A DNA stretch of 64,000 nucleotides. Source: Dehalococcoidia bacterium (GTDB taxonomy: Bacteria; Chloroflexota; Dehalococcoidia; SM23-28-2; RBG-16-64-32). The stretch is taken from positions 32,001 to 96,000 of the forward strand of contig CAXXTF010000002.1 of the NCBI GenBank assembly GCA_963665775.2, in the 5' to 3' direction. This document shows positions 1-10,175 of this stretch, piece by piece. Numbering within the stretch: the first letter of the stretch is position 1; each line of letters begins with the position of its first letter. The translations under genes were made by a program, and so were the position numbers. The notes under the pieces are model-generated. The model made no database searches. It saw nothing but the letters and a program-made list of their open reading frames with translations, and was not told the origin of the DNA.

Positions 1-1
1 T

Positions 2-682
2 AGGCGCCCTGAGACGTGAGAACCGCGGAAGCGTGTCCGTCCCTAGGGCGGTCTCTATTTCGCCGCCTTCTTTGCCCCCGGTCATAACCGATACTTTGGG
101 AGGCACGGGATAGTCGACGAGGCCATGAGCCTCCCTGGGATCAAGCCTGCTCCCAACGACAACATCGGCCTGGACACCAGAGCGGACTAAGGCGTCGAAC
201 CGCCGTGACGTAACCACGAGAACCCTTGAAGCCCGTGCGGCCCGGAGGAGTTCTGCATCTTCCCCAGTGAAGTAGATGGCGTCGAAGCCGTCGAGTAGAT
301 CCCACGGCAAGGGATCCGCGATGATGGGATGAAGGGGCTCCCCCTGGACGAAGATGGTTCGCTTTCCGTCCGGAGTAACAACGACGAGGTCGCGTGTGTG
401 AGGCCGATCGCGGTAGGCGATATGGACGGTAGCATTGGTCGCATGCACCCGATCGGAGACGAGCTGGCCAGCATCGTCGTTCCCGAGGGCTGTAAACAAG
501 TGAACCTCAGCCGGACTCCGCGTGAGTTGAAAGAAGGCGAGGCCTCCGCCTCCCCCCGGAATGGTGACCACATCGTCCAGGTGTGCGATTTCACCTGGTG
601 TTGGGAGACTAGGAGCAGAAGCGATGCTTACGTGCTCGACATGGCCGATAACGGCGATCCGAAGTTGCTCCTTACCACTCAA
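2..682 (-). CDS. PfkB/ribokinase-family carbohydrate kinase, 3'-truncated by the window edge; absent from the ORF track
   Basis: Manual minus-strand translation from TTG 682 is open to the window start: LSGKEQLRIAVIGHVEHVSI...PGEIAHL...PGGGGGLAFFQL...LFTALGNDDAG...TRDLVVVTPDGKRTIFV...PLPWDLLDGFDAIYFTG. The GGGG and LGxDxxG segments are PfkB-like. Confidence 0.8.
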   Translation of the reverse strand, partial: MSGKEQLRIAVIGHVEHVSIASAPSLPTPGEIAHLDDVVTIPGGGGGLAFFQLTRSPAEVHLFTALGNDDAGQLVSDRVHATNATVHIAYRDRPHTRDLVVVTPDGKRTIFVQGEPLHPIIADPLPWDLLDGFDAIYFTGEDAELLRAARASRVLVVTSRRFDALVRSGVQADVVVGSRLDPREAHGLVDYPVPPKVSVMTGGKEGGEIETALGTDTLPRFSRLRAP

Positions 683-882
683 GGCGCAGGGCCTCCTATC
701 ACATCCGTCGCCCAGACTCGCACTTCGTCCACTCCGGTGGATTTCGGTAGCCAGTCGATGCCCAACTGCTCTGAGAACGCATATTTCTCGCTAGACGCCG
801 GTTTTTGCAGGGGCTGTGCCACATTGAGTTCCTCTGCCGAGTCCTGTAAGATTGTGTCGATTTTCCAACGAAGGAGGTACCC

Positions 883-1164
883 ATGCTCTACGGACTGGGA
901 ATTCCGAGATGGCTCCGGCTGTATGTGGGCGTATTGGCTGCCGCCCTGCTGATTGTCGCCCTCGTCGCACACGTTATCGGCTCCCTTGTCGTGGCCGCGA
1001 ATGTTAACCCCTTGCTCGGTCTGGCCATGTTGGCTCTGGCATGGCCTGTCGCTGGCATCAGTGCGGTTTCCCTCGCACTGCTGTGGCTCGTCTCTGTCAT
1101 GGGCTTTTGGAAGCTAGGGCGACTATTGCTCTCCATCGCTCGGCCCGCTCATGCCAGTGGCTGA
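883..1164 (+). CDS. Small integral membrane protein, unknown function
   Basis: Strong RBS (AAGGAGG) before the ATG; 93 aa with 2-3 hydrophobic helices; divergent from the PfkB gene. Confidence 0.6.
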   Translation: MLYGLGIPRWLRLYVGVLAAALLIVALVAHVIGSLVVAANVNPLLGLAMLALAWPVAGISAVSLALLWLVSVMGFWKLGRLLLSIARPAHASG

Positions 1165-1880
1165 TAGTTACCGCCAGCTCGCACCGCCCGCAGGTTAGAT
1201 CCGGCAGAACCACTGAGCGTCGGTTACCGCGCCGGAGGTCGGGCATTCCCTCAGCTGAGCCCTTGGGCGCTGCGTCGATCTGTACGCTGTGGTCCCCGGC
1301 CCAGGCGTGGTGAGGCGAGCTCAATAATACCTATTGTTATCTGGGATCCTCTTGAACGGTGCGGATATGTGCCCGCATCCTGCCGAAGAGTTCTGGGCCG
1401 AACCCTTTCTATCCATGCGCAGCGATGGCGTGCTCTGCACACCTATCGACCACTTCTTGGATAGTTCCTCCCCGTGCCGTGAAGTCGCAATCAACACCTA
1501 CGTCTCGACAGCACAGCTCCTTATGTTCCTTGGATTCCTTCATCGCCGCGCCCTCCTCGAGATTGGGCACACACCGGTCGACTATGAACTGGCAGCCGGA
1601 GCGGACATGGCACTATCGTACTACAACCCGAATCACTTACGGTGATGAGGAAGCGGCGAGTCATACCACCGATTCGATTGCGGGCGCGTAGGATGGCAGC
1701 TTAGGACGAGAATCAAGGGGATGGGCCTCCCCTCGCAGCCATCCCCGTACACTCCGACGAAGGCAAAAAGTGTTTGCAGACCCAATGGCGCAGACAAATA
1801 CGCCAGGAGCGAGACTAGACCTGGAGCAAGCCACCAGACAATGTTACGGCGGACCCGTCTGCGCGGTGCTCGGGCGTATA

Positions 1881-2330
1881 ATGGTTGCAGGGAGGTGTAA
1901 CACGAACTCGCCCCGTCCGCCCTTCGAGGTTCTGGAGCACACGGCCGATGCGGGCATCGTCGCCCACGGAGCGAACCTGGCGGAGCTCTTCGCCAACGCT
2001 GGAGTCGGGATGTTCGCCCTCATGGTGGAGCTGGATACGGTTCAAGAGCGAGAGGAACGGCTGATCCAGGTGGAGGGACAGAACCGGGAGAGCTTGCTCG
2101 TGCATTGGCTTACTGAGCTGCTGTACTACCTGGACGCACAGCAGATGCTCTTCCGCCGCTTCGAGATCGAGGAGTTGACCGAGACGGGTCTGCGGGCCCG
2201 AGGGTTCGGGGACACCATCGACAGAGAACGGCACCAGCTGCACTTCGGGGTGAAGGCGGTAACTCGGCACATGCTGGAGATCGCGCGGGAGAGCGCCGGC
2301 TACCGAGCGACGGTGCTGTTCGACATCTGA
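1881..2330 (+). CDS. Archease (RtcB cofactor)
   Basis: FEVLEHTADAGI, WLTELLY and VKAVTRH...VLFDI motifs; directly upstream of rtcB. Start uncertain (ATG 1881 or ACG 1902). Confidence 0.93.
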   Translation: MVAGRCNTNSPRPPFEVLEHTADAGIVAHGANLAELFANAGVGMFALMVELDTVQEREERLIQVEGQNRESLLVHWLTELLYYLDAQQMLFRRFEIEELTETGLRARGFGDTIDRERHQLHFGVKAVTRHMLEIARESAGYRATVLFDI

Positions 2331-2355
2331 CCCGGCTCCCTCAGAGGAGACAGCG

Positions 2356-3819
2356 ATGGTCAAGAGTTGGAAAGCCGTCCTAGAGAGGCTCGACGACTGG
2401 CGGTGGATACTTCCCCAGGAGTATAAGCCAGGGATGCGAGCCCCTGGCATGATCTTCGCCTCGGAGAAGATGCTCAACCTCATCGGGCAGGATCAGGCGA
2501 TTGAACAGGTGGCCAACGTCGCCTTCCTGCCGGGGATCGTGAACTACTCCATGGCGATGCCCGACATCCACTGGGGTTACGGCTTCCCCATCGGCGGCGT
2601 GGCGGCGATGCGGGTCGAGGACGGGGTCATCTCGCCGGGGGGCGTGGGGTTCGATATCAACTGCGGAACCCGGCTCCTTCGCACGAACCTCTCGGAGGAG
2701 GAAGTGCGCCCGCGCCTCAAGGAGCTGGTGGACCAGATCTTCTGCGACATTCCGGCGGGGATCGGCGGTTCCGGACTGGTTCGCGTCTCGCCCAAGGAGA
2801 TCGATGCGGTGCTGACGAAGGGCGCGAGGTGGGCGCTAGAGCAGGGATACGCCTGGCCGGAGGACCTGGCGATGATAGAGGGCGGCGGCGCCCTTCCAGG
2901 AGCTAACCCAGACATGGTGAGCCGGCGGGCCAAGGAGCGGGGCGGCCCCCAGCTGGGCACCCTCGGTTCCGGCAACCACTTCCTGGAGTTGCAGGTCGTC
3001 GACGAACTGTTCGACCCGGAGGCTGCAGCCGTTATGGGGATAACCGGCCCAGGCCAGGTCATCGTCTTCATCCACACCGGCTCGCGCGGGTTAGGTCACC
3101 AGACCTGTCAGGACTACCTGGACGTTATGGAGACGGCGGCGGAGCGCTACGATATCCGCCTACCGGACAAGCAGCTGGCCTGCGCTCCGGTGAAGTCCAG
3201 GGAGGGACAGGATTACCTGAGCGCGATGACGGCAGCGGCCAACTTCGCCTTCTGCAACCGCCAGCTCATCGCGCACTGGATACGGGAAGCGTTCCAACGA
3301 GTGTTCGGCCGGGACGCGCGTGAGGAGCTGGGAATGTTTCTGGTGTATGACGTTGCCCACAACATCGCCAAGATAGAGCGGCACCGGTCGAACGGGCGGG
3401 AGATGACGGTATGCGTTCACCGGAAGGGAGCAACGCGGGCCTTCCCGCCCGGCCACCCGGACCTGCCAGCGGCGTATCAACGCATCGGACAGCCAGTACT
3501 GGTACCTGGGGACATGGGGCGCTATTCGTACATAGCTGTCGGCACCCAGCAGGCGATGGCGGAGACGTGGGGCTCCACCTGTCACGGGGCCGGACGGGTG
3601 CAGAGCCGCCAGGCCGCGAAACGGATGCTGAAGGGGGTGGACGTAGGCCGGCGGCTGGCTGAGCGCGGCATATACGTGCGGGCGCAGAACCGCGGCTTGC
3701 TGGCGGAGGAGGCCAGCGAGGCCTACAAGGATGTGGCCCAGGTAGTGGATGTGCTGCACCAGGCAGGCATCTCCCGGAAGGTGGCGCGAATGCGGCCCAT
3801 AGGGGTGGTGAAGGGATAG
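2356..3819 (+). CDS. rtcB: RNA-splicing/repair ligase RtcB
   Basis: MPDIHWGYGFPIGGV, GVGFDINCG, GTLGSGNHFLE, HTGSRGLGHQ, HRKGATRAF and STCHGAGR motifs. Confidence 0.98.
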   Translation: MVKSWKAVLERLDDWRWILPQEYKPGMRAPGMIFASEKMLNLIGQDQAIEQVANVAFLPGIVNYSMAMPDIHWGYGFPIGGVAAMRVEDGVISPGGVGFDINCGTRLLRTNLSEEEVRPRLKELVDQIFCDIPAGIGGSGLVRVSPKEIDAVLTKGARWALEQGYAWPEDLAMIEGGGALPGANPDMVSRRAKERGGPQLGTLGSGNHFLELQVVDELFDPEAAAVMGITGPGQVIVFIHTGSRGLGHQTCQDYLDVMETAAERYDIRLPDKQLACAPVKSREGQDYLSAMTAAANFAFCNRQLIAHWIREAFQRVFGRDAREELGMFLVYDVAHNIAKIERHRSNGREMTVCVHRKGATRAFPPGHPDLPAAYQRIGQPVLVPGDMGRYSYIAVGTQQAMAETWGSTCHGAGRVQSRQAAKRMLKGVDVGRRLAERGIYVRAQNRGLLAEEASEAYKDVAQVVDVLHQAGISRKVARMRPIGVVKG

Positions 3820-4030
3820 ACGCCAGGGCACCCCGTGGGCCGTTCATTTTGGCACTGTGGGGTGCCGAAACCCCATCCGTATCTGACATCGGGCGACCAA
3901 CATTGGATCTACGTTCTGTACGGGAATAGGGGACCCATTCAGGCCGTAGGTCGGTTGAGCGGGGTGGGGGCTCGCTGGGCTTGACGGCTTCCCGTCCACA
4001 CGCCGCGGCTCCCTGTCAGAGCGCCAAGAT

Positions 4031-5380
4031 TCAGCGGTAGCCAGGGCGTCCCAGGCTCAGGAACAGCCCGGCCGCCACCACGAGAAGTGCCGAAAAGATC
4101 AGGAAGGCCAGCTGGTAGCTACCGGTCGCGTCATGAACGTAGGCCGCGAACAGAGGCCCGAGCACCATGCCACCCATCTGAACAGTCCCCGACAGGCCGC
4201 TGATGGTGCCGAACGCCCGCCGACCAAAGTAGTCCGCCCGTATCGTCGGCAAGACGGCCACCGAGGCGCCAAAGGAGGGACCGTAGATGGCCACGAACAG
4301 TAGCACCATCCATAGCGTCTGGGCGTAAGCGAGAGTAAGGGAGGCCACGGCCAGCATGAGGGTAGAGATCACCACCACCCGCTTGCTTCCGTAACAGTCG
4401 CACAGCCAGCCGCCGCCTAGCCTGCCGATCAGGCTTACCAGGCCGATACTCCCTAGAACACTGGCGGCCAGAGCGCTGGAGTAGCCGAGGTCCTCAATCA
4501 GGGGAATGGCATGAAGCATGACCGAGCCGCTAACCAGCAGGCGCAGTCCGAAGCCAAGACCGATCATCCAGAAGTCACGACTTCTGAGGGCCTCTCGCGC
4601 GGTCATGCCTAATTCGGATTCGGCGTCCGGCCCCGCCGTCCCCGCGACGGCCGAGGCCTCCACGGCCTCGGCCGGGAAGACGGTCGACGCCTCCACCGCG
4701 CCTGGCTCCGGGCTTCCCTGATCCCCCCTCACCTCGCCGTCCGGACGCTGGCCGTAGAATTCAGGCCTCCTCCTCATGACCAGGGCGGTGGGGATACCCA
4801 CTGCCAGCATGCCGACGCCCGAGGCCACGTAAGCGGCCCGCCAGCCGAATTCGTCGATGAACAGGGCCAGTAGGGGAACCCCGGCGGCGCCTAGGGCAGT
4901 TGCCCCCCGCAAGAAACCGAAAGCCGTCCCCCTTCTCTTGATGAACCAGTTGGCCACCGTGGTATCCATTGGGACGGTCAGGCTCAGGCTGCTGCCCACG
5001 CCGACGAGGAGGATGTAGATCAGGTAGAACTCCAGCAACGAGTCGATTCTGGAGAGGAGTACCAGGCCCGTGGACATGATGGTAATGCCGATCAGCATCG
5101 TGAATCGGGGCCCGTACCTGTCGACGATGAAGCCCCCTAGACCGCCTAACAGCCCGCTCTCTAGCGATGACAGGGAGAGAGCCCCTGCCAGCTGGGCCCT
5201 CCCCCATCCAAAATCATCGAGGAGGCGCTTATAGAACAGACCGGCACCATAGGCGCCGGTCATGCCGTAGACGGCCCAGACAGCGCATTCAGCGGCCACG
5301 ATCCACCAGCCGTAGAACATCCTGATCCGTGGCAAGCGTTGCTCCCGCGGCCTGGGACCTCGGTCCTGTGGAAGATCCAA
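4031..5380 (-). CDS. MFS transporter (OFA/MCT-like)
   Basis: About 12 TM helices, FYGWWIV N-terminus, G...DRYGPR motif A, ANWFIKRRG, ADYFGRRAFG. Confidence 0.9.
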   Translation of the reverse strand: MDLPQDRGPRPREQRLPRIRMFYGWWIVAAECAVWAVYGMTGAYGAGLFYKRLLDDFGWGRAQLAGALSLSSLESGLLGGLGGFIVDRYGPRFTMLIGITIMSTGLVLLSRIDSLLEFYLIYILLVGVGSSLSLTVPMDTTVANWFIKRRGTAFGFLRGATALGAAGVPLLALFIDEFGWRAAYVASGVGMLAVGIPTALVMRRRPEFYGQRPDGEVRGDQGSPEPGAVEASTVFPAEAVEASAVAGTAGPDAESELGMTAREALRSRDFWMIGLGFGLRLLVSGSVMLHAIPLIEDLGYSSALAASVLGSIGLVSLIGRLGGGWLCDCYGSKRVVVISTLMLAVASLTLAYAQTLWMVLLFVAIYGPSFGASVAVLPTIRADYFGRRAFGTISGLSGTVQMGGMVLGPLFAAYVHDATGSYQLAFLIFSALLVVAAGLFLSLGRPGYR

Positions 5381-5960
5381 AAGCAGCTACCTCAGAGGCC
5401 GCCGTACTCATCCCTTACCTCACCGGGCCTGGCCGACCCTGTCTGCCGGATGAGGTGGCCGTGAACCGCGCGGCCCCGATCCCGTTCAATCCCGCGCTCT
5501 GATCCGGTGGTCGGCGCCGCTTTATCCGCCGTCACGCGCCGCCGCCGAGTCGAGAACCGATCCTTAGACCGTGATTTTGCCCCGCCCTTAGACACCCTGT
5601 CAAACCCGAAGGCGGGCTCGTCGGCGCCCAGCCAACGGGCCGGGGGAGCTGCTAGGGGTTAATGGGAACCCAAGACCGGCCAGGAGTGGAACAACGCCGT
5701 CGGCTCTGAGCCTCACCTGGAACCTGAGCCGGCCGGCGTGACAGCGCCGATAATCGGTACGAAGAGCCTGGAGCAGGTGGTCCGGTAGGAGTCTCGAGAT
5801 CCAGGGACGCGTATTACCCCGCATTTCCCGTATCAAATCGGGAGACTGAACCCAAATCGGTGTGCTAGCATGGCAATGGTGTCCGTCGACCTCAGGCACT
5901 GTTGAAGTCTCTGGCGGGAGAGGCGGCTGGTACCGCCGTCCGCCAAGCTTGGAGGATTGA

Positions 5961-8828
5961 CTGAACAGAATTAGCTTTTCTCGTCGTGGGCAGGAGCTTG
6001 GGCCGCCGCCACCCCCCTTCCGTGACGTACTCTCCGGCGACCGTTCCGAGCTTCCTCACTGGCTGCTTCGGTGGCGCTTTTGGATAGCGGCTATCGGCGG
6101 CCTCATCGTACTGTTTATCGTACTCAACTACGCCCGCAGCCTCTACGCCGACTGGCTCTGGTTTGACAGCATAGGTTACCTCTCCGTCTACCGGAAGGTG
6201 CTTGTAATGCGGCTGGCCCTATTCTTCGGGTCGTCCAGCCTCTTCCTGGTGCTCCTTGCTGTCAACCTGGTGCTGGCGCGACGGATCGTCCCGCTGCAGC
6301 CCGTTCTATTATCGGCCCTGCTGCCCGAGGGCGACATCGCTGCCTTGCGACGGCTGGCGACGCTCCTCCTGGTGGCAGGCGCCGTATTGGCGGCATTCCT
6401 GTTCGGTGCGGCGTTCGCCGGCCAATGGGATACCATTCTCCTCTGGCTCAATGCCGAGTCGTTTGGTGTCACTGAAGAAGCCTTCGGTCGTGACGTCTCG
6501 TTCTACGTCTTCACACTGCCGGCGCTGGAGTTCATTCAGAGTTGGGGCCTGGCGGTGGCCGTGGTCATCACCATCTTCACGGCCCTCTCCTATGCCTATA
6601 GCTTTGGCCTGCGGCGGTTTGCTGTCGTGGTGCCGAGGGCGGTCAAGGGGCATCTGTCCCTGCTGCTGGTCGTCATCTTGGGCCTGTTCACCTGGGGCTA
6701 CTGGCTGGACCGGTTTGGCCTGGCTCTGTCGGAAAACGGTGCGGTGCTGGGCGCCACCTTCACCGATCTGCACGCCCGCCTGCCCGCCCTCTATATCCTC
6801 ATGGCGATGGCATTGCTGGCGGCGCTGCTAATCGTCGCCAATACCTTTCGCAAAGGCCTCCTATTGCCAGCCCTGGGACTTGGCGGCTGGCTGCTGGCGG
6901 TGATCGTGGCCGGCAACATATACCCGGCCATCTTGCAACGGACCAACGTCCAGCCCAACGAGTTCGAGAAGGAACAGGTCTATATTCAGCGGAACATGGA
7001 CTTCACTCGCCTCGCCTATGGGCTGGACAACGTCGTCACAAACGAGTTCGCCAGCGAGCCTGTCGTCAGCGCCGAGGCCATCCTCCGCAACGCCGACACT
7101 CTCCAGAACGTGCGGTTGTGGGATCATCGGCCGCTGCGCCAAACCTATAACCAGCTACAGACCTTGCGCCCGCAGTACATCTTCAGTGACGTGGATGTGG
7201 ACCGCTACGTCATCAACGGCGAGTATCGTCAGGTAATGTTGGGGGCGCGTGAGCTCTCACCGACTAGGGTGGCCGCGGAGTCGCCCGGCTGGATCAACGG
7301 GCGACTGAAGTTTACACACGGCTACGGGCTGGCCATGAGCCCGGTCACCGAGTTCAGCGAGGAGGGGCGGCCCACTCTGTTCGTCAAGGACCTGCCAGTA
7401 TCGGGGGAGCTTACGGTATCGAGGCCGCAGATCTACTACGGGGAGAGAACCGGCAACTACGTCATCGTCAACAGCAAAGAGAAGGAGTTTGACTTCGTCA
7501 GCGAGTTCGAAACCACATACACCAGCCACGGCGCCGAAGGGGGCATTCTCCTCGACTCCTTCATTCGCCGCCTGGTCTACGCCTGGGAGTTGGCCGACAT
7601 CAATATCCTGATCAGCGGGCAGATCACGGACGAGAGCCGCCTCCTCATCCGCCGCAACATCCAGGGGCGAATCAACGAGATCGCTCCCTTCCTACGGCTG
7701 GACAGCGACCCCTATCTGGTGGTGTTGGAGCCAACCGCCGACGAGCCGCAAGGGCGCCTGATCTGGATTCAGGACGCCTACACTGTCACTAATCAGTTCC
7801 CGTATTCACAGCGACTGGCCATCGACTTCAACTACATTCGAAACAGCGTGAAGGTGGTGGTCGATGCCTACACGGGCCAGGTCACCTTCTACATCGTTGA
7901 CCCTGACGACCCGATCGTCCGCACCTACGCCAAGATCTTCCCAGACTTGTTTACCCCTGAGGGGGAGATCCCCGATTCAATCCGTGCTCATCTGCGCTAC
8001 CCGGAGGACCTCTTCCGACTGCAGGTTGAAGTCCACCTGACCTATCACATTGAGCGGACGGAAGACCTCTATCAGAAGAACGACCTCTGGGCCGTTCCCA
8101 CCGAGACCTTCATCAGCAACGAGCAAGAAGTATTGCCCTACTACGTCATCATGCGCCTGCCAGGGGAAAGCGAGGCGGAGTTCCTACTGATCCTTCCGGT
8201 CACTCCTGCCGGCCGCCGCAACGCCATTGCCTGGATTGCCGGACGCTCGGACGGTGAGCATCTGGGCGAGCTGGTGGTCTACCAGTTCCAGGCCGGCATC
8301 CAGATCGATGGCCCATCGCAGGTGGAGTCGCGCATCGACCAGGATACTGTCATCTCCCCGCAGTTAACCCTGTTGGGGCAGGAAGGGTCGGAGCTAATCC
8401 GCGGCAACCTGCTGATGATCCCCATCGAGGACTCCATCATGTACATAGAGCCGGTCTATCTCCAAGCCGAGATCAACCCGTTTCCTGAGCTAAAGCGAGT
8501 CATCGTCGTCAACGGTAACCGCATCGTCATGGAGCCGACCCTCGAGCAGGCCTTAGCCAAGGTCATTGATGCGACGCCTGCCGTGCAGCCGGCTCCCACC
8601 GACCCTCCTCCAGCACCTACCACGCCAGAACCTACGCCTACTCCCACGCCTGTGGGAGGAACAGAGGACATCGCCGCCCTGGTACGGGAGGCCCAAGAGG
8701 CGTACGACAGCGCCCAGCAGGCACTGCGCGACGGCGACTTCGCTGGCTACGGTGCCCAGATACAGAGGCTCGAGCAGCTACTGGATCAGCTGGCCGAACT
8801 CACATCGCAGGAGGAGGGTTCCCAATGA
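5961..8828 (+). CDS. UPF0182 family membrane protein; probable CTG start at 5961 (ORF track start 6198 is too late)
   Basis: FGRDVSFYVF, NVRLWD, DVDVDRY, FTHGYG, FNYIRNSVKVVVDAYTG and IEPVYLQA motifs; the conserved YADWLWFDSIGY segment is in frame upstream of 6198. Confidence 0.93.
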   Translation: MNRISFSRRGQELGPPPPPFRDVLSGDRSELPHWLLRWRFWIAAIGGLIVLFIVLNYARSLYADWLWFDSIGYLSVYRKVLVMRLALFFGSSSLFLVLLAVNLVLARRIVPLQPVLLSALLPEGDIAALRRLATLLLVAGAVLAAFLFGAAFAGQWDTILLWLNAESFGVTEEAFGRDVSFYVFTLPALEFIQSWGLAVAVVITIFTALSYAYSFGLRRFAVVVPRAVKGHLSLLLVVILGLFTWGYWLDRFGLALSENGAVLGATFTDLHARLPALYILMAMALLAALLIVANTFRKGLLLPALGLGGWLLAVIVAGNIYPAILQRTNVQPNEFEKEQVYIQRNMDFTRLAYGLDNVVTNEFASEPVVSAEAILRNADTLQNVRLWDHRPLRQTYNQLQTLRPQYIFSDVDVDRYVINGEYRQVMLGARELSPTRVAAESPGWINGRLKFTHGYGLAMSPVTEFSEEGRPTLFVKDLPVSGELTVSRPQIYYGERTGNYVIVNSKEKEFDFVSEFETTYTSHGAEGGILLDSFIRRLVYAWELADINILISGQITDESRLLIRRNIQGRINEIAPFLRLDSDPYLVVLEPTADEPQGRLIWIQDAYTVTNQFPYSQRLAIDFNYIRNSVKVVVDAYTGQVTFYIVDPDDPIVRTYAKIFPDLFTPEGEIPDSIRAHLRYPEDLFRLQVEVHLTYHIERTEDLYQKNDLWAVPTETFISNEQEVLPYYVIMRLPGESEAEFLLILPVTPAGRRNAIAWIAGRSDGEHLGELVVYQFQAGIQIDGPSQVESRIDQDTVISPQLTLLGQEGSELIRGNLLMIPIEDSIMYIEPVYLQAEINPFPELKRVIVVNGNRIVMEPTLEQALAKVIDATPAVQPAPTDPPPAPTTPEPTPTPTPVGGTEDIAALVREAQEAYDSAQQALRDGDFAGYGAQIQRLEQLLDQLAELTSQEEGSQ

Positions 8829-9025
8829 CCAGCGAGTGGCAGCCACTAGAGGGGCACTACTTTCCGTCCACCGGCCGACGCCTGCCGGTGAGCCCGGTGA
8901 GGGACGGCGGCACCCCCGACCGGGACGACCGGGGCCGCGCATACCTCGACCTGTTCGCCGGTATGGCGGTCAACAGCCTCGGCCACTGCCACCCGACGAT
9001 CGTGGACGAGTTGGTAATGCGATGA
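8825..9025 (+). pseudogene. N-terminal fragment of a class III (ArgD-like) aminotransferase
   Basis: GRAYLDLFAGMAVNSLGHCHP motif, but the ORF stops after 66 aa. Confidence 0.75.
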
Positions 9026-9141
9026 CGGAGCTGGGGCTAATCATACTCATCGGGCTGGTGCTGCTGCTGACCGATACGGACCGTCTGCGCTGGGCAAAGG
9101 AGCAGGTTGACAAGTTCACGGACTGGCTCAAACAGTCCTAG
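9022..9141 (+). CDS. Small single-TM peptide (39 aa)
   Basis: ATGA overlap with the previous ORF; MTELGLIILIGLVLLLTD... Confidence 0.35.
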   Translation: MTELGLIILIGLVLLLTDTDRLRWAKEQVDKFTDWLKQS

Positions 9142-9226
9142 TTATGCCTATATATCGAGGATAAGGGCCAGCAGCCCGGAAAGCGGGAGCCGATAGAGAG
9201 GTTTCGCGGATGAAGGTAGGCCCACC

Positions 9227-10081
9227 GTGATCAGGTGTATCATGTTTGACCTGGACGGTACCCTCGTGCAGTCCGAGAAGATGAAGGCCCTCTCCTACGC
9301 TATCGCCGTCCAGCGGCTGCGCGGCCTTGCGGAGCCCGACGCCAAGGCTATCGAGGCGTACCGGGAGATCGTGGGGGCATCCCGTGAGGTTGCCTCCCGC
9401 CACGTCATGGAAAGCCTGGGGCTGGAGGAGGAGCTCCGGCCTCTGCTGTCCCGGTACGCCGCTTCCGAGGCCTGGGAGGTGCTGACCGCCGTGCGCGTCG
9501 CGATCTACGACCAGATGGTGGCCGACCCCCAGGTGATCCGGGACAACCAGTGGCCGCACACGGTTGACCTGCTCCAGATGGCCAAGGAGTACTTCTGCTG
9601 CACCGCCCTGGCCACGATGTCCAGCCGAAAGGAGGCGCTCCACGTCCTGCGCTCCCTCGATCTTGAGCGCTCGCTGGATGTTATCGCCACCCGCGAGGAC
9701 GTTCAGCGGCCGAAGCCAGACCCGGAGATATATCTGCTGGCGGCCCGCAAGCTGGAGGTGCAGCCGGAGGAGTGTCTGGTGCTGGAGGACTCCCCTAACG
9801 GCGTGCGGGCAGGGGTCGCGGCCGGCATGAACGTCGTCGCCGTGGCTACGCCGTTCACCATCGCCGCTCTCCACTCCAATCAGGTCCTGGAGCACGCCTG
9901 GGTTGTCCACGACCCGGCCACCCTCCTGGACACGGTCCGCGGCCGGATCGAGGAGCACAACCGGAGCGCCCACGGAGGAGCGGAGGGAATGCAGGACGAG
10001 GGTGCGGCGCGACAGGTGCCGCCCAGTCCGGGCGGTCCGCAGATCGCCGGCCAGCCTCAGGAGAAAGCTGCCCGTGATTAG
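9227..10081 (+). CDS. HAD-superfamily phosphatase (beta-PGM/CbbY-like)
   Basis: FDLDGTLV motif I, KPDPEIY, LEDSPNGVRAG. Confidence 0.92.
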   Translation: MIRCIMFDLDGTLVQSEKMKALSYAIAVQRLRGLAEPDAKAIEAYREIVGASREVASRHVMESLGLEEELRPLLSRYAASEAWEVLTAVRVAIYDQMVADPQVIRDNQWPHTVDLLQMAKEYFCCTALATMSSRKEALHVLRSLDLERSLDVIATREDVQRPKPDPEIYLLAARKLEVQPEECLVLEDSPNGVRAGVAAGMNVVAVATPFTIAALHSNQVLEHAWVVHDPATLLDTVRGRIEEHNRSAHGGAEGMQDEGAARQVPPSPGGPQIAGQPQEKAARD

Positions 10082-10175
10082 GCTCTTCTACCGCTGGCTG
10101 GCGCAGGGAGACCCCGCGGATATGCGTCGGTGAACGGACTACCCGCCTAGAACCGATGCCCTGTCGCGTCGTATG

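Noticed and set aside
329-952. 207-aa plus-strand ORF in the track
   Set aside because: Shadow of the minus-strand PfkB kinase, which has recognisable motifs.
1334-1691. Overlapping small ORFs upstream of archease
   Set aside because: No motif, RBS or clear coding signal to support either.
5392-5950. Possible ncRNA or riboswitch in the long intergenic gap
   Set aside because: No recognisable conserved RNA motif by eye; may be a decayed gene and needs an Rfam scan.
8577-8655. Repetitive sequence in UPF0182
   Set aside because: Encodes an ordinary Pro/Thr linker; not a CRISPR array or DNA repeat element.
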